A stretch of 51,932 nt of DNA from an uncultured Clostridia bacterium (GTDB lineage Bacteria > Bacillota > Clostridia > TANB77 > CAG-508). Numbering within the stretch: position 1 is the first letter of the stretch; each line of letters begins with the position of its first letter. The notes below the pieces were generated by a model. That model made no database searches. It had not been told where the DNA came from and saw nothing but the letters and a program-made list of their open reading frames with translations. The position numbers and the translations under genes are program-made. The DNA lies in contig CANQUT010000006.1 in NCBI GenBank assembly GCA_947627105.1, positions 1 to 51,932 of the forward strand. The letters run 5' to 3'. Positions 1-10,408 of this stretch are shown in pieces.

Positions 1-9
1 GTTAAACGA

Positions 10-2373
10 ATGAAGGTATTATTTGCAGTAAATAATGAAAACATTTCTGAATCTATAATAAAAAAATATCAACAAGAATATAAGGAAATTATTTCAGCAA
101 AGAATGTATATTATTTTAATGCAATTATTAAAGAATTACAAAGAGATAAAACTTATGATAGAATAATTATAAGTGAAGATCTACAACCATTTTCAAACAA
201 TAATTATGATGCAATAGATAAATTTATTTTTGAGAAAATGGACAATATTAGTGATGAAGCAACTAATCAATCTGGAAATGATATTCCTATTATTCTAATT
301 TGTACAGATAGAAGAGAAAAATCAGATCCTTTATTAGTAAAATTATTTGGAATTGGTGTTTATAATGCATTACTTGGCAAAGATAGAAGCATAACACAAG
401 TTTGCGAACTATTAGAAAGACCACGTACAAAAAAAGAAGCAAAAGTATATTACCGTATTGATCCTGATGATGTTGATTACAAAGTAGAAAATGAAGGAGA
501 TGTTAGCGAAGTTGAAATTCAAAACATCTTAAATCATTATAAAAAAATAAACGGAAATGAAGAAAAATATATAGAAAGTTTTGATCATATTGCTAGTCAA
601 TATACAGATTCTCAATTAAGATTAATAGCTAAGTTTTTACCTTTAAACGTAAAAGCTGTATTAGAGGCAAACAGTGCAAAATATCAAGAAGTAGTTTCAT
701 TTGGTAGTTCTACATCTTCTAGAAATCAAAGTTATAAGCCTTCAAATTTAAATAATAAAAATGCTAAATTAACAAAACAAAAAGAGGATGTTTCTAGCAT
801 AGATTTAGTAGAAAAAAATCTAAACCAAAATAAAATTACAGAGCCAGTTATAATACCATCAGTAGTTAACACAACAAATGTTAGAAAAATGCAAGAAAGT
901 ATGCCAAACGAAGCTAAAAATTCAAATAAAGTATTACCAGAGCAAGTTCAAGAAATTGATGATATTTTAGATAGCCTTCCTATAGGAAATACAGAAAAAA
1001 CTGAACCAGAAGTTATAAATTCTGAAGAAGATGATAATAAATTAGCAGAACCAAAAAGAAGAGGAAGACCTAAAAAAGTAGTTATAGAAGAACCTATATC
1101 TAATGAACAACCAAAAAAAGGTAGAGGAAGACCTAAAAAAATAGTAGATCCAGTAATAGAGCCTACTAAAGAAGTAGAAGAAAATGCAGAAAATGAAAAC
1201 ATTAATAATTCTGCCCCAGTTAATCTTTTTGAACTAGGTGAAGAAGATGTAGAAGCTACTCCTTCTAAAACATCTTCTCAAAATGATATGATTTTACCTG
1301 GACTAGATGATGAAATTCTTGAAGAAAATTTATTTGATGAAAATATAATGCAACAAGAACTAAACGAAAATAATAATATGGAAATTAATGCTCCAATTCT
1401 TCCATCATTAGATGAAGAAAATATACAAGATCCTATTAGTAATAACCAAAATCAAAATACTTCAAATATGGTTGAAAATGTTAACACATATTCAGAATCA
1501 AACTATAATGGTTTATTATCACAAGATAAAAAACTAGTAGCATTTGTAGGAACTTCTAAAAATGGAACATCATTCTTAGTAAATAATATTGCAGAAATAT
1601 TATCTCAAAATGGAATTAACACAGCAATTTTAGATTTAACAAAAAATAAAAATGCATATTATATTTATACAGAAAATGAAGAAAGTTTAAGAAAAATAGC
1701 ATATTCATGCATAGAAAATTTAAAACAAGGAAATGCTAATGGAATTAATGTTCATAAAAATTTAACAGTTTATACAACACTTCCTGGAGAAGAAGAACAA
1801 TTAACTAATTATAATTCTATATTACAAACTTTAATGAACAACTATTCATTGGTTATTTTAGATTGTGACTTTGAAACAGACTATAATTATTTTAGAGAAG
1901 CACAAGAGCTATATTTAGTACAAAGCTTAGATGTTTTAACAATACAACCATTAACAGCATTTCTAAGAGATTTAAAAGCAAAAAATGTGTTAAATCCAGA
2001 AAAAATTAGAGTTGTATTAAATAAATTAGTTAAATTAAGAAGTATTTCAGAAAAAACAATTATTGGAGGAATGGCATATTATAATGATCCTGCAATGTCA
2101 TTTATGACAGAGCTATTTAACAAAGATACTGTTCAATATACAGTAGTTCCATTTGAAGAACAAGCTTATTCTAAATACTTAGAAGGACTTATCAACTGCA
2201 AAATTACTTTAAATGGCTATTCAAAGAACTTTATATATGCACTTAATAACTTAGGAGATATGGTATATCCTTTAATAAATAATAAAAATTCAAAAAATAA
2301 ATATAATAATTATCAAAATGGTTTTTCTAGTAATATGAATGATACTTTAAATAAAATGAAAAATAATTATTAA
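10..2373 (+). CDS. Receiver-like N-terminal domain + acidic linker with two AT-hook motifs + degenerate ParA/MinD/CpaE-like ATPase domain
   Basis: N-terminus MKVLFAV..IIISED..IPIILI resembles a receiver fold; KRRGRPKK and KGRGRPKK motifs; C-terminal LVAFVGTSKNGTS (deviant Walker A), TAILDL, LVILDC. Confidence 0.55.
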   Translation: MKVLFAVNNENISESIIKKYQQEYKEIISAKNVYYFNAIIKELQRDKTYDRIIISEDLQPFSNNNYDAIDKFIFEKMDNISDEATNQSGNDIPIILICTDRREKSDPLLVKLFGIGVYNALLGKDRSITQVCELLERPRTKKEAKVYYRIDPDDVDYKVENEGDVSEVEIQNILNHYKKINGNEEKYIESFDHIASQYTDSQLRLIAKFLPLNVKAVLEANSAKYQEVVSFGSSTSSRNQSYKPSNLNNKNAKLTKQKEDVSSIDLVEKNLNQNKITEPVIIPSVVNTTNVRKMQESMPNEAKNSNKVLPEQVQEIDDILDSLPIGNTEKTEPEVINSEEDDNKLAEPKRRGRPKKVVIEEPISNEQPKKGRGRPKKIVDPVIEPTKEVEENAENENINNSAPVNLFELGEEDVEATPSKTSSQNDMILPGLDDEILEENLFDENIMQQELNENNNMEINAPILPSLDEENIQDPISNNQNQNTSNMVENVNTYSESNYNGLLSQDKKLVAFVGTSKNGTSFLVNNIAEILSQNGINTAILDLTKNKNAYYIYTENEESLRKIAYSCIENLKQGNANGINVHKNLTVYTTLPGEEEQLTNYNSILQTLMNNYSLVILDCDFETDYNYFREAQELYLVQSLDVLTIQPLTAFLRDLKAKNVLNPEKIRVVLNKLVKLRSISEKTIIGGMAYYNDPAMSFMTELFNKDTVQYTVVPFEEQAYSKYLEGLINCKITLNGYSKNFIYALNNLGDMVYPLINNKNSKNKYNNYQNGFSSNMNDTLNKMKNNY

Positions 2374-2399
2374 GCAAAAAATAGCAAAGGGGTGATTTC

Positions 2400-3500
2400 T
2401 TGATACTTATAGTAATTATACTTTTAGTACTTATTATTGCATTTTTAATGATATATAATATGTCAATACACAAAAAAATACAAAATTTTAATAATTTAAG
2501 TCAAAAAATAACAAGCTTAAATGTATTGCAAGATTTCATGAATACAATTAGTGAAGTTACCTCTACTGATGAAAAAATTAAAAAAATTAATGATATTTTA
2601 ATTGAAAGATATCAAATTAAATATTCTACTATAGTTATATATAATGGTGTAGATTACGCTATAAAAGCTTCTAATGTTGATACAAAACATTGGGACACAT
2701 TAAAAAATTTACAAAATGAAGAAATTTTTAAAGACAGTATTAATACTGCAACTCCAAAATACATTACTGTTGAAAAAGAAGACGAAAGACTTCCTTATCA
2801 AAAGATGGAATTTGGTAGAGCAAAATGTGCAATGTTCTTTCCATTATATGTTGAAAATATTTATATAGGCTATTGGATTATAGAAGGAAGTAAACCACAT
2901 GAGTTTGACAAAATAGATACTACTCTTTTAGAAGTAGTAAGAAACAATATAGTTTCTGTATTAAAAACAGTAGAAAATCAACAAGTAATTGAAAACATTG
3001 TTAGAGATGATAAATTTAGTGGATTAAAATCGGCAGAATATTTATTTGGCGAAGGCAAAAAAATAATAGATAATTATACAACATCTACTGTATGCTTATT
3101 TAAAATTACTAATCTAGAAGAAATAAACCAAACTTTTAATAGAGAAACAGGAAATCAAATAATTATAGAAACAAGTAAACTATTAAAAGAAAATTTATCA
3201 GATGAATATATATTTGTAAGATATATGGGACCAAAATTTGCTATTATTTTTTCAGGTATAGAAATTAATGCAGTTGCTAATTTTATGAAAGAAATGAAAC
3301 AAAAACTAGAAGAAATTGAAATAGAAGTAGAATTAAAAACTACTGGAAGAGGCAAAAAGAAAGTTAGTGTTGCAAAGCCAAAAATAAATATGGTAGTATC
3401 TACATATTACAAAAGAACAGCTCTAGAGGGACTTACTAAGAAGTTAGAAGAATACTTAGATGGAGCTCCAAAAGAAGAAAATACAATTAATTATTTATAG
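2400..3500 (+). CDS. Membrane-anchored GAF + degenerate GGDEF domain protein
   Basis: N-terminal TM; AMFFPL..IGYWIIE GAF-like segment; RDDKFSGL..EINQTFNRETGNQII..RYMGPKFAII (GGDEF replaced by MGPKF). Confidence 0.7.
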   Translation: MILIVIILLVLIIAFLMIYNMSIHKKIQNFNNLSQKITSLNVLQDFMNTISEVTSTDEKIKKINDILIERYQIKYSTIVIYNGVDYAIKASNVDTKHWDTLKNLQNEEIFKDSINTATPKYITVEKEDERLPYQKMEFGRAKCAMFFPLYVENIYIGYWIIEGSKPHEFDKIDTTLLEVVRNNIVSVLKTVENQQVIENIVRDDKFSGLKSAEYLFGEGKKIIDNYTTSTVCLFKITNLEEINQTFNRETGNQIIIETSKLLKENLSDEYIFVRYMGPKFAIIFSGIEINAVANFMKEMKQKLEEIEIEVELKTTGRGKKKVSVAKPKINMVVSTYYKRTALEGLTKKLEEYLDGAPKEENTINYL

Positions 3501-3511
3501 GAGGGTAAATA

Positions 3512-3766
3512 ATGATATCAGATGAAACAGTTAGTTTTAAAGTAGAAAAAGACAAAAATGTTAAGACAAGGGAAATTTTAAAAGAGGTATATAGTGCTTT
3601 AGAAGAAAAAGGCTATAACCCAATTAACCAAATAGTAGGTTATATTTTATCAGGTGACCCAACATATATTACAAGCCATAATGATGCAAGAAATTTAATT
3701 AGACAAGTAGAAAGAGATGAACTTTTAGAAAAAATGGTAAAGAACTATATTGGATTGGATGATTAA
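3512..3766 (+). CDS. ireB: IreB family (UPF0297) regulatory phosphoprotein
   Basis: [35 protein letters not shown] signature; conserved order ireB-ruvX-DUF1292. Confidence 0.93.
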   Translation: MISDETVSFKVEKDKNVKTREILKEVYSALEEKGYNPINQIVGYILSGDPTYITSHNDARNLIRQVERDELLEKMVKNYIGLDD

Positions 3767-3767
3767 T

Positions 3768-4193
3768 ATGCGAAAGCTAGGAATTGATTATGGAGATAGT
3801 AGAGTAGGAATTGCCATTACAGATGAACTATGCATTACAGCTCAAGGACTTGAAACTATTCATCACCAAGGAAATGATAAATTAGTTTTAAAAAGATTAG
3901 ATGAAATTTTAAATATGTATAGTGTAGATACTTTTGTAGTTGGAATGCCAATAAATATGAATGGTACTAAAGCAGAAAGAGTAGAAGTTACAGAAAAATT
4001 CATTCATAAATTAAAATGCAAATATCCTAAAATTTTAATAGAAACAATAGATGAAAGACTAACTACTGTTGCTGCCCATAAAACAATGAATTATTTAAAT
4101 ATAAATAAAAGCAAAAAAAAGGAAATTGTAGATACAATTTCAGCAGTGTATATTTTAGAAACGTATTTAAATAAACAAAAAAATAAAGTATAG
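3768..4193 (+). CDS. ruvX: Holliday junction resolvase-like / pre-16S rRNA nuclease RuvX (YqgF)
   Basis: LGIDYGDSRVGIA, VVGMP, DERLTT, VDTISAVYILETYL. Confidence 0.93.
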   Translation: MRKLGIDYGDSRVGIAITDELCITAQGLETIHHQGNDKLVLKRLDEILNMYSVDTFVVGMPINMNGTKAERVEVTEKFIHKLKCKYPKILIETIDERLTTVAAHKTMNYLNINKSKKKEIVDTISAVYILETYLNKQKNKV

Positions 4194-4290
4194 TACAATT
4201 TGCATATATTTAATAAAAATGTAAATACTAATAATAGATATTAGCATTATAGAAATATAATGATTTATATATAAACGAAAGGAGAAAAAA

Positions 4291-4620
4291 ATGAGTAAAG
4301 AAGATGTAAATGAAAATCAAGAAAATTTAAATGAGGGAGAAGAATTAGATAATATACTAGTTCTAAATGATGAAGAAGGAAACGAAGTAGAATTTGAATT
4401 TTTAGACTTAATTGAATATGAAGGAGAAGAATACGTAGTATTATTACCAGTTGAAGAAGAAGAAACAGAAGAACCTGGTGAAGTTGTAATTTTAAAATTA
4501 GAAGATACAGAATCTGATGATGAAGAATCTTATGTTAGTGTAGATGATGAAGAAGTACTTAACAAAGTATTTGAAATATTTAAAGAAAAATTTGAAGATG
4601 AATTCAATTTTGTAGACTAA
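4291..4620 (+). CDS. DUF1292 domain acidic protein
   Basis: LNDEEGNEVEFEFLDLIEYEGEEYVVLLP; follows ruvX. Confidence 0.88.
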   Translation: MSKEDVNENQENLNEGEELDNILVLNDEEGNEVEFEFLDLIEYEGEEYVVLLPVEEEETEEPGEVVILKLEDTESDDEESYVSVDDEEVLNKVFEIFKEKFEDEFNFVD

Positions 4621-4647
4621 TTAGAACTAAAAAAGGGGATAAAGCAA

Positions 4648-5112
4648 ATGAAAAGTTTATCTAGTTGGCTTATTGCCATGCTTGCATTTATGTTTTGGGG
4701 ATTTCGTGTAGTAACAACAGTATTATATTCAATGGGAACAGAATTTGTTGCTGAACCTATGGACATGACAATGGAAATTATATTATTATTTATTACATTT
4801 GTATGTATATGCTTTATTACAAGAAGAAAACTATTGCCAGCAATAATTTATTTAGTAGCACATGCTTTGTATTATGGTGTATATTTATATCAAAATGTAA
4901 TAAATGGAGCAGGAACACTAAATTCATATATGTCATTATTTATAGCTTTAATAGGTATAGCAATACCACTTTTTGCATTTTTTGATGTACTATTAGATAA
5001 AAATAGAACTGCACATCCAATAGATAAACAAACAGATTGGTTTTATAAAAATAAAGAATATGATAGAAAAATGGATGAAAGAGCAGATAGAAACCAATAT
5101 AGAACAATGTAA
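4648..5112 (+). CDS. Hypothetical 4-TM membrane protein
   Basis: Four hydrophobic segments, RBS AAGGGG, terminator downstream. Confidence 0.75.
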   Translation: MKSLSSWLIAMLAFMFWGFRVVTTVLYSMGTEFVAEPMDMTMEIILLFITFVCICFITRRKLLPAIIYLVAHALYYGVYLYQNVINGAGTLNSYMSLFIALIGIAIPLFAFFDVLLDKNRTAHPIDKQTDWFYKNKEYDRKMDERADRNQYRTM

Positions 5113-5122
5113 TATTTATATA

Positions 5123-5160
5123 AAAATAAACGAAGCAATAGCTGTTTCGTTTATTTTTTT
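5123..5160 (+). terminator. Rho-independent terminator
   Basis: AAATAAACGAAGC..GTTTCGTTTATTTTTTT hairpin with U-tract. Confidence 0.7.
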
Positions 5161-5172
5161 GCTTATCATTTA

Positions 5173-5296
5173 ATTAATTGCTTTAATAGTACTATTTTTC
5201 TTGTTTTTCAAATGCCCGTTGCAGAAAGTCAAGCTCAAAGAAGCAGGTCAGAACGGGACCTCTCAAAACTGCGAAAAAATAGTACTATTAAAGCTT
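5173..5296 (+). repeat. Dispersed repeat family A, filled copy 1
   Basis: AATAGTACTATT at 5185-5196 and 5278-5289 flanking an 81-nt core shared with the copies at 24881 and 35102. Confidence 0.9.
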
Positions 5297-5400
5297 ATGA
5301 CATTTTATAGCTTTAAAAATAAACTTTTCAAAATATTATTGACTTTTTTCAATAGTTAGTATAATTTTATAGTATAAAAATAGGAAGGATGAAAAGCAAA

Positions 5401-5745
5401 ATGATAGAAGAATTATATAAAAAAATAAACGGAAACTATGAAGTAGCAATTTCAAGAATGCAAAATGATGAAAGAATATTAAAATACCTAAAGTTTTTTT
5501 TATTGGACGAGTCATATAAAGTCTTAGAAGATGGAATAAATTCTGGAGATTGTGAAGCAGCTTTTAGAGGAGCACATACTCTAAAAGGAGTTTGCCAAAA
5601 TATGGCATTTACTGCACTTTCTACTGTAGTAGAACAAATCACAGAAGAACTAAGAGCCAAAGACTTTGAAAAAGCGAAGCAAACTTTTTCACTAGTAGAA
5701 GAAGAATATAAAAAAGTAATTGATGAAATTAATAAAATCATTTAA
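5401..5745 (+). CDS. Hpt (histidine phosphotransfer) domain protein
   Basis: AFRGAHTLKGVCQNM motif; alternative start at 5389. Confidence 0.9.
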   Translation: MIEELYKKINGNYEVAISRMQNDERILKYLKFFLLDESYKVLEDGINSGDCEAAFRGAHTLKGVCQNMAFTALSTVVEQITEELRAKDFEKAKQTFSLVEEEYKKVIDEINKII

Positions 5746-5758
5746 TAGGGGGAAATTT

Positions 5759-6847
5759 ATGGAAAAGAGAGATACATTATTAATTGTTGATGATGTTATG
5801 ATAAATAGAGAGCTCTTAAAAGATATATTTGAAAATGGAGAATATAAAATATTAGAAGCAGCAGATGGAGAAGAAGCAATTGAAATTTTAAATAAACATA
5901 AAGATGAAATTGCATTAGTCTTTCTTGATTTAGTTATGCCAAAAAAGAATGGATTAGATGTAATGCACCACATGTCTTTAAACAATATGATTAACACAAT
6001 ACCTGTTATTATGATAACAGGAGAAGCAACTGTTGAAACAGATGTAAAAGCATATGAACTTGGAGCAGCAGATATTATATATAAACCTTTTGAACCTGCT
6101 GTTGTAAGGCGTAGAGCAAGAAATATTATAGAATTATTTGAACATAGAATATCTATTGAAAAAGAATTAGAACTTCGTACACAAGAATTAATTGAAAGCA
6201 AAAAGCGTATAGAACAAAGTAATAATTTCTTAATTAATGCATTAAGCTCAGTTGTAGAATTTAGAAGCTTAGAATCTGGAGAGCATATTCAAAGAGTTAA
6301 AAAATTTACAAGAATAATGCTAAGACATTGGAGAGCTTTATATGGAGAAGAACAATTTACAGATGAACAAATTGAATTAATAGTAAATGCATCTGCACTT
6401 CATGATATTGGTAAAATAGCAATACCAGACAACATACTTTTAAAACCAGGAAGATTAACAGATGAAGAATATACAGAAATGAAAAAGCACACTATATATG
6501 GTTGCCAAATGTTAGAAAAATTTAAGCAAGAAGAAAATGAATTTTATCGCTATTGCTATGATATTTGTAGATATCATCATGAAAGATATGATGGTAGAGG
6601 TTACCCAGACGGTTTAAAAGGAGATGATATTCCTATATGGGCACAAGTTGTATCTATTGTAGATGTTTATGATGCACTTGTAAGTAAAAGAGTATATAAA
6701 CCTTCTTTTTCAATAGAAGAAACATTTCGTATGATTCATGATGGTGAATGTGGAATTTTTTCACCTAAATTATTAAAATGTTTTGATGATGCTAAAGAAG
6801 AATTTATTAAAAATACTACAAAAGAACAAATGGGAGAGGAGGCATAA
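5759..6847 (+). CDS. Response regulator with HD-GYP phosphodiesterase domain (RpfG-like)
   Basis: LLIVDD..FLDLVMP..YKPF receiver; LHDIGK, HHERYDGRGYPDGL. Confidence 0.93.
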   Translation: MEKRDTLLIVDDVMINRELLKDIFENGEYKILEAADGEEAIEILNKHKDEIALVFLDLVMPKKNGLDVMHHMSLNNMINTIPVIMITGEATVETDVKAYELGAADIIYKPFEPAVVRRRARNIIELFEHRISIEKELELRTQELIESKKRIEQSNNFLINALSSVVEFRSLESGEHIQRVKKFTRIMLRHWRALYGEEQFTDEQIELIVNASALHDIGKIAIPDNILLKPGRLTDEEYTEMKKHTIYGCQMLEKFKQEENEFYRYCYDICRYHHERYDGRGYPDGLKGDDIPIWAQVVSIVDVYDALVSKRVYKPSFSIEETFRMIHDGECGIFSPKLLKCFDDAKEEFIKNTTKEQMGEEA

Positions 6848-6849
6848 AC

Positions 6850-9462
6850 TTGAATTCAAGTAGGGAAAAAGTAAAAAAAAGAATAGATAAAAATATAATA
6901 GATAAAAAAAATAACATAAAAAAAAGTAACTTAATTATTATTATAGTAACAATTATTATAGTAATTTCTATTTACTATTTATATCACCTATTTTCGGCAA
7001 TTCTTACAGATAGAATAGTTAAAATGTCTCTTCGCAATATGTGGGAAATTTCAAAACATGATGAACAATCAATTATATCTGGTCTAGAGCATAGATGGAT
7101 GCATTTGGAAGGAATAGCTAAAGAGGTAGAACAAAATGGACTTAAAACTACATCAGAAGTTTTAAGAAAGCTAAATATTAAATCAGAATCTATAGAAACT
7201 ACGGAAGTTGTTTTAATAACAGAAGAAGGAAAAGTATTTAGTAGTACGCAATCAATTTATAAAGATACAGCATTACTAGAATTATGCAAGAATTCACCAA
7301 AAGATAAATTTGTTCAAAGAATAGACAAAAATAAAAATTCAGAAGTAAATTCCACATTACTTTTAGGAACAAAAATAGAACCTTTTACGATTGATGAAAA
7401 TCGCTTTATATATGTAGCAGGCTATTATAGAATTGAAAATTTAACAGATGAACTAAAAATTGAAAGTTACAATGGAGAAGGCTATAGTAGTGTTATAGAC
7501 AAAGATGGTTATTATTTAGTATCTGTACACGATAATGATAGTCTTGCAAGAGAAGATTTTTATACAGTAATAAATAAAGAAGGAATAACTAGCGACTTAA
7601 CACTAGAAGAAGTTCGTGAAAAAATTGAAAATAGAGAAAGCTTTTATTTAGAATATTTACTAGATGGGCAAAACCGTATTATGGTCTGCAATCCAATGAC
7701 TGTTTCGGATTGGTATTGCATTATGTCTGTGCCACTTTCTATATATCAAGCACAAAGTGCTGAATTATTACAATTACTAACAATATTAATAATAGCAATA
7801 TTAATTGCAATAACTATTGTTGTTATTTTAATATTTAGAAATAGATCACAAAAAAATTCAATAAAATTTGAAATTAAACATAGAGATGAGCTAGAATCAG
7901 CTCTAACATTAGCAGAGCAAGCAAGTAGAGCAAAAACTACATTTTTAAACAATATGTCACATGATATTCGTACTCCTATGAATGCTATTATTGGATTTAC
8001 AACACTTGCAAAAAATAATATAAATAATAAAGAGCGTGTAGAAGATTATTTAGACAAGATTTCACAATCTTCAAATCATTTACTTTCTTTAATAAATGAT
8101 GTATTAGATATGAGTAGAATAGAATCAGGAAAAGTAAATATAGAAGAAAAAGAAGAAAATCTTGCAGAAATACTTCATGGTATTAGAAATATTGTACAAG
8201 CAGATGTAAATGCAAAACAAATGGAATTTGTTATAGATACAGTAGATATAACAGATGAAAATATTTACTGCGACAAATTAAGACTTAACCAAATACTAAT
8301 AAATTTATTATCAAATGCACTTAAATTTACAGAGCCTGGAGGAACAATATCTGTTCGCATTACTCAAAAACCAATATCTAAAAAAGGCTATGGGATTTAT
8401 GAATTTAGAGTAAAAGATAATGGAATTGGAATTAGTGAAGAATTTATAAAAGAAATTTTTGAACCATTTGCAAGAGAACGTAGTTCAACAGTAAGTGGAA
8501 TTCAAGGTACAGGGCTTGGAATGGCAATAACTAAAAATATTGTAGACATGATGGGTGGAACTATAGAAGTACAAAGCAAAGTTGGAAAAGGAACAGAATT
8601 TATTGTTACATTAGAATTTAAATTACAAGAAGCACATAAGAAAATAGAAGTAATAGATAATTTAAAAGATGTGCATGCACTAGTTGTAGATGATGATATG
8701 AACTCTTGCCAAAGCATTTCTCATATGCTAAGACAACTTGGTTTAAAATCAGACTGGACAATGTATGGAAAAGAAGCAGTAGCTCGTGCAAAAGAAGCAC
8801 ATCAAATGAAAGAGCAATACCAAATTTATTTAATAGACTGGTTAATGCCAGATATGAATGGAATTGAAACAACAAGACGTATTCGTAAAATAGTAGGAAA
8901 AGAACCAGTAATTATTATGCTTTCAGCTTATGACTGGGGAGAAATTGAAAAAGAGGCAAAAGAAGCAGGTGTTACAGAATTTATTAGCAAACCATTATTC
9001 CCATCTGATTTAAGAAAAATACTTTTAAAAGTTTCAGGATTAGATAAGAAGCAAGAAAAAGATGAAGAAAAAATTGATTTTTCAGGCAAAAGAATTCTTC
9101 TTGTAGAAGACAATATGATGAATAGAGAAATTGCTACAGAATATTTACAAGACTTTGGCTTTTTAGTTGAAAGTGCTGAAAATGGAAAAGAAGCTTGTGA
9201 AATTTTAGAAAAATCTGAGCCAGGCTATTTTGATGTAGTATTAATGGATGTTCAAATGCCAATAATGGATGGATATGAAGCAACAAAAACAATTCGTAAA
9301 TTTAAAAATAAGAAAATTGCAAATATTCCTATTTTAGCAATGACAGCAAATGCATTTGATGAAGACAAAAAAGCAGCAAAAGAAGCTGGAATGAATGGAC
9401 ACTTAGCAAAGCCAATTGATATTCCAAAACTAATAGAAGCACTAAGAGAAATTTTAAATTAA
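6850..9462 (+). CDS. Hybrid sensor histidine kinase with two receiver domains
   Basis: Two TMs; FLNNMSHDIRTPMNAI H-box; NLLSNALKFT, DNGIG, GTGLGM; two REC domains. Confidence 0.93.
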   Translation: MNSSREKVKKRIDKNIIDKKNNIKKSNLIIIIVTIIIVISIYYLYHLFSAILTDRIVKMSLRNMWEISKHDEQSIISGLEHRWMHLEGIAKEVEQNGLKTTSEVLRKLNIKSESIETTEVVLITEEGKVFSSTQSIYKDTALLELCKNSPKDKFVQRIDKNKNSEVNSTLLLGTKIEPFTIDENRFIYVAGYYRIENLTDELKIESYNGEGYSSVIDKDGYYLVSVHDNDSLAREDFYTVINKEGITSDLTLEEVREKIENRESFYLEYLLDGQNRIMVCNPMTVSDWYCIMSVPLSIYQAQSAELLQLLTILIIAILIAITIVVILIFRNRSQKNSIKFEIKHRDELESALTLAEQASRAKTTFLNNMSHDIRTPMNAIIGFTTLAKNNINNKERVEDYLDKISQSSNHLLSLINDVLDMSRIESGKVNIEEKEENLAEILHGIRNIVQADVNAKQMEFVIDTVDITDENIYCDKLRLNQILINLLSNALKFTEPGGTISVRITQKPISKKGYGIYEFRVKDNGIGISEEFIKEIFEPFARERSSTVSGIQGTGLGMAITKNIVDMMGGTIEVQSKVGKGTEFIVTLEFKLQEAHKKIEVIDNLKDVHALVVDDDMNSCQSISHMLRQLGLKSDWTMYGKEAVARAKEAHQMKEQYQIYLIDWLMPDMNGIETTRRIRKIVGKEPVIIMLSAYDWGEIEKEAKEAGVTEFISKPLFPSDLRKILLKVSGLDKKQEKDEEKIDFSGKRILLVEDNMMNREIATEYLQDFGFLVESAENGKEACEILEKSEPGYFDVVLMDVQMPIMDGYEATKTIRKFKNKKIANIPILAMTANAFDEDKKAAKEAGMNGHLAKPIDIPKLIEALREILN

Positions 9463-9470
9463 AAAAGGAG

Positions 9471-10343
9471 ATGATGATTATAGATAATAAATTAGAAACA
9501 ATTTCAAATCTTTTTGAAAATAAAGAAATCAGAAGTATATGGGATAGTGAAAAAGAAGAGTATTTTTTTAGTGTTGTAGATGTTATTAGTGCATTGACTG
9601 ATAGCAATATTCCAAAAAGATATTGGACGGATTTGAAAAGAAAATTAGAAAAAGAAGGAAGTCAGTTGTACGAAAATATCGTACAACTGAAAATGAAATC
9701 TCTTAAGGATAAAAAATTTTATAATACAGATACTTTGGATACAAAAGGAATTTTAAGACTTATCGAATCTGTTCCAAGTCCTAAAGCAGAACCTTTTAAA
9801 TTATGGCTTGCAAATTTAGGACGTGAAAGAATTGATGAAGTATTTGACCCAGAAATAGCGGTAAATAGAGCAGTAGCATATTATCGTAATAAAGGTTATA
9901 GCGACGAATGGATAAAGTCAAGACTAAATGGAATAGTTGATAGATTTAAACTTACTGATGTTTGGAAAGAAGGAGGAATTACTAAGCCAATTGAATATGC
10001 ACTTTTAACAAATGAGATATATAAAGGTTGGTCAGGAATGAAGGCTAGTGAATATAAGAAATTAAAAGGACTTAGGAAAGAATCTTTAAGAGATAATATG
10101 ACAGATATAGAAGTAGCTCTTACAAATATAGGAGAGATTGCAACAAGAGATATAGCAAGAGAAGAACACCCACAAGGACTAAAAGAAAATTTAAATGTAG
10201 CAAAGCGTGGCGGAGGAGTTGCAAAAGGAGCAAAAGATTTATATGAAAAAGAAACTAAAAAACCAGCTATATCTAAAAATAATAGCTTAAATTATAAATA
10301 CATAGATGAAATAAAAGAAATAGAAGATAAAAAAGGCAAATAA
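9471..10343 (+). CDS. Bro-N domain / phage antirepressor-like protein
   Basis: IRSIWD..YFFSVVDVISALT, RLIESVPSPKAEPFKLWLA, LRDNMTD. Confidence 0.8.
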   Translation: MMIIDNKLETISNLFENKEIRSIWDSEKEEYFFSVVDVISALTDSNIPKRYWTDLKRKLEKEGSQLYENIVQLKMKSLKDKKFYNTDTLDTKGILRLIESVPSPKAEPFKLWLANLGRERIDEVFDPEIAVNRAVAYYRNKGYSDEWIKSRLNGIVDRFKLTDVWKEGGITKPIEYALLTNEIYKGWSGMKASEYKKLKGLRKESLRDNMTDIEVALTNIGEIATRDIAREEHPQGLKENLNVAKRGGGVAKGAKDLYEKETKKPAISKNNSLNYKYIDEIKEIEDKKGK

Positions 10344-10408
10344 TTTTGCTTTCCAAAATATCAAAATAGATACATTTGAAAGTGAAACTAATAAAAGGAA
10401 GTGAAAAA

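Noticed and set aside
2400-3500. Active diguanylate cyclase
   Set aside because: GGDEF motif replaced by MGPKF.
9471-10343. Prophage
   Set aside because: Lone Bro-N gene; no integrase, structural or replication genes nearby.
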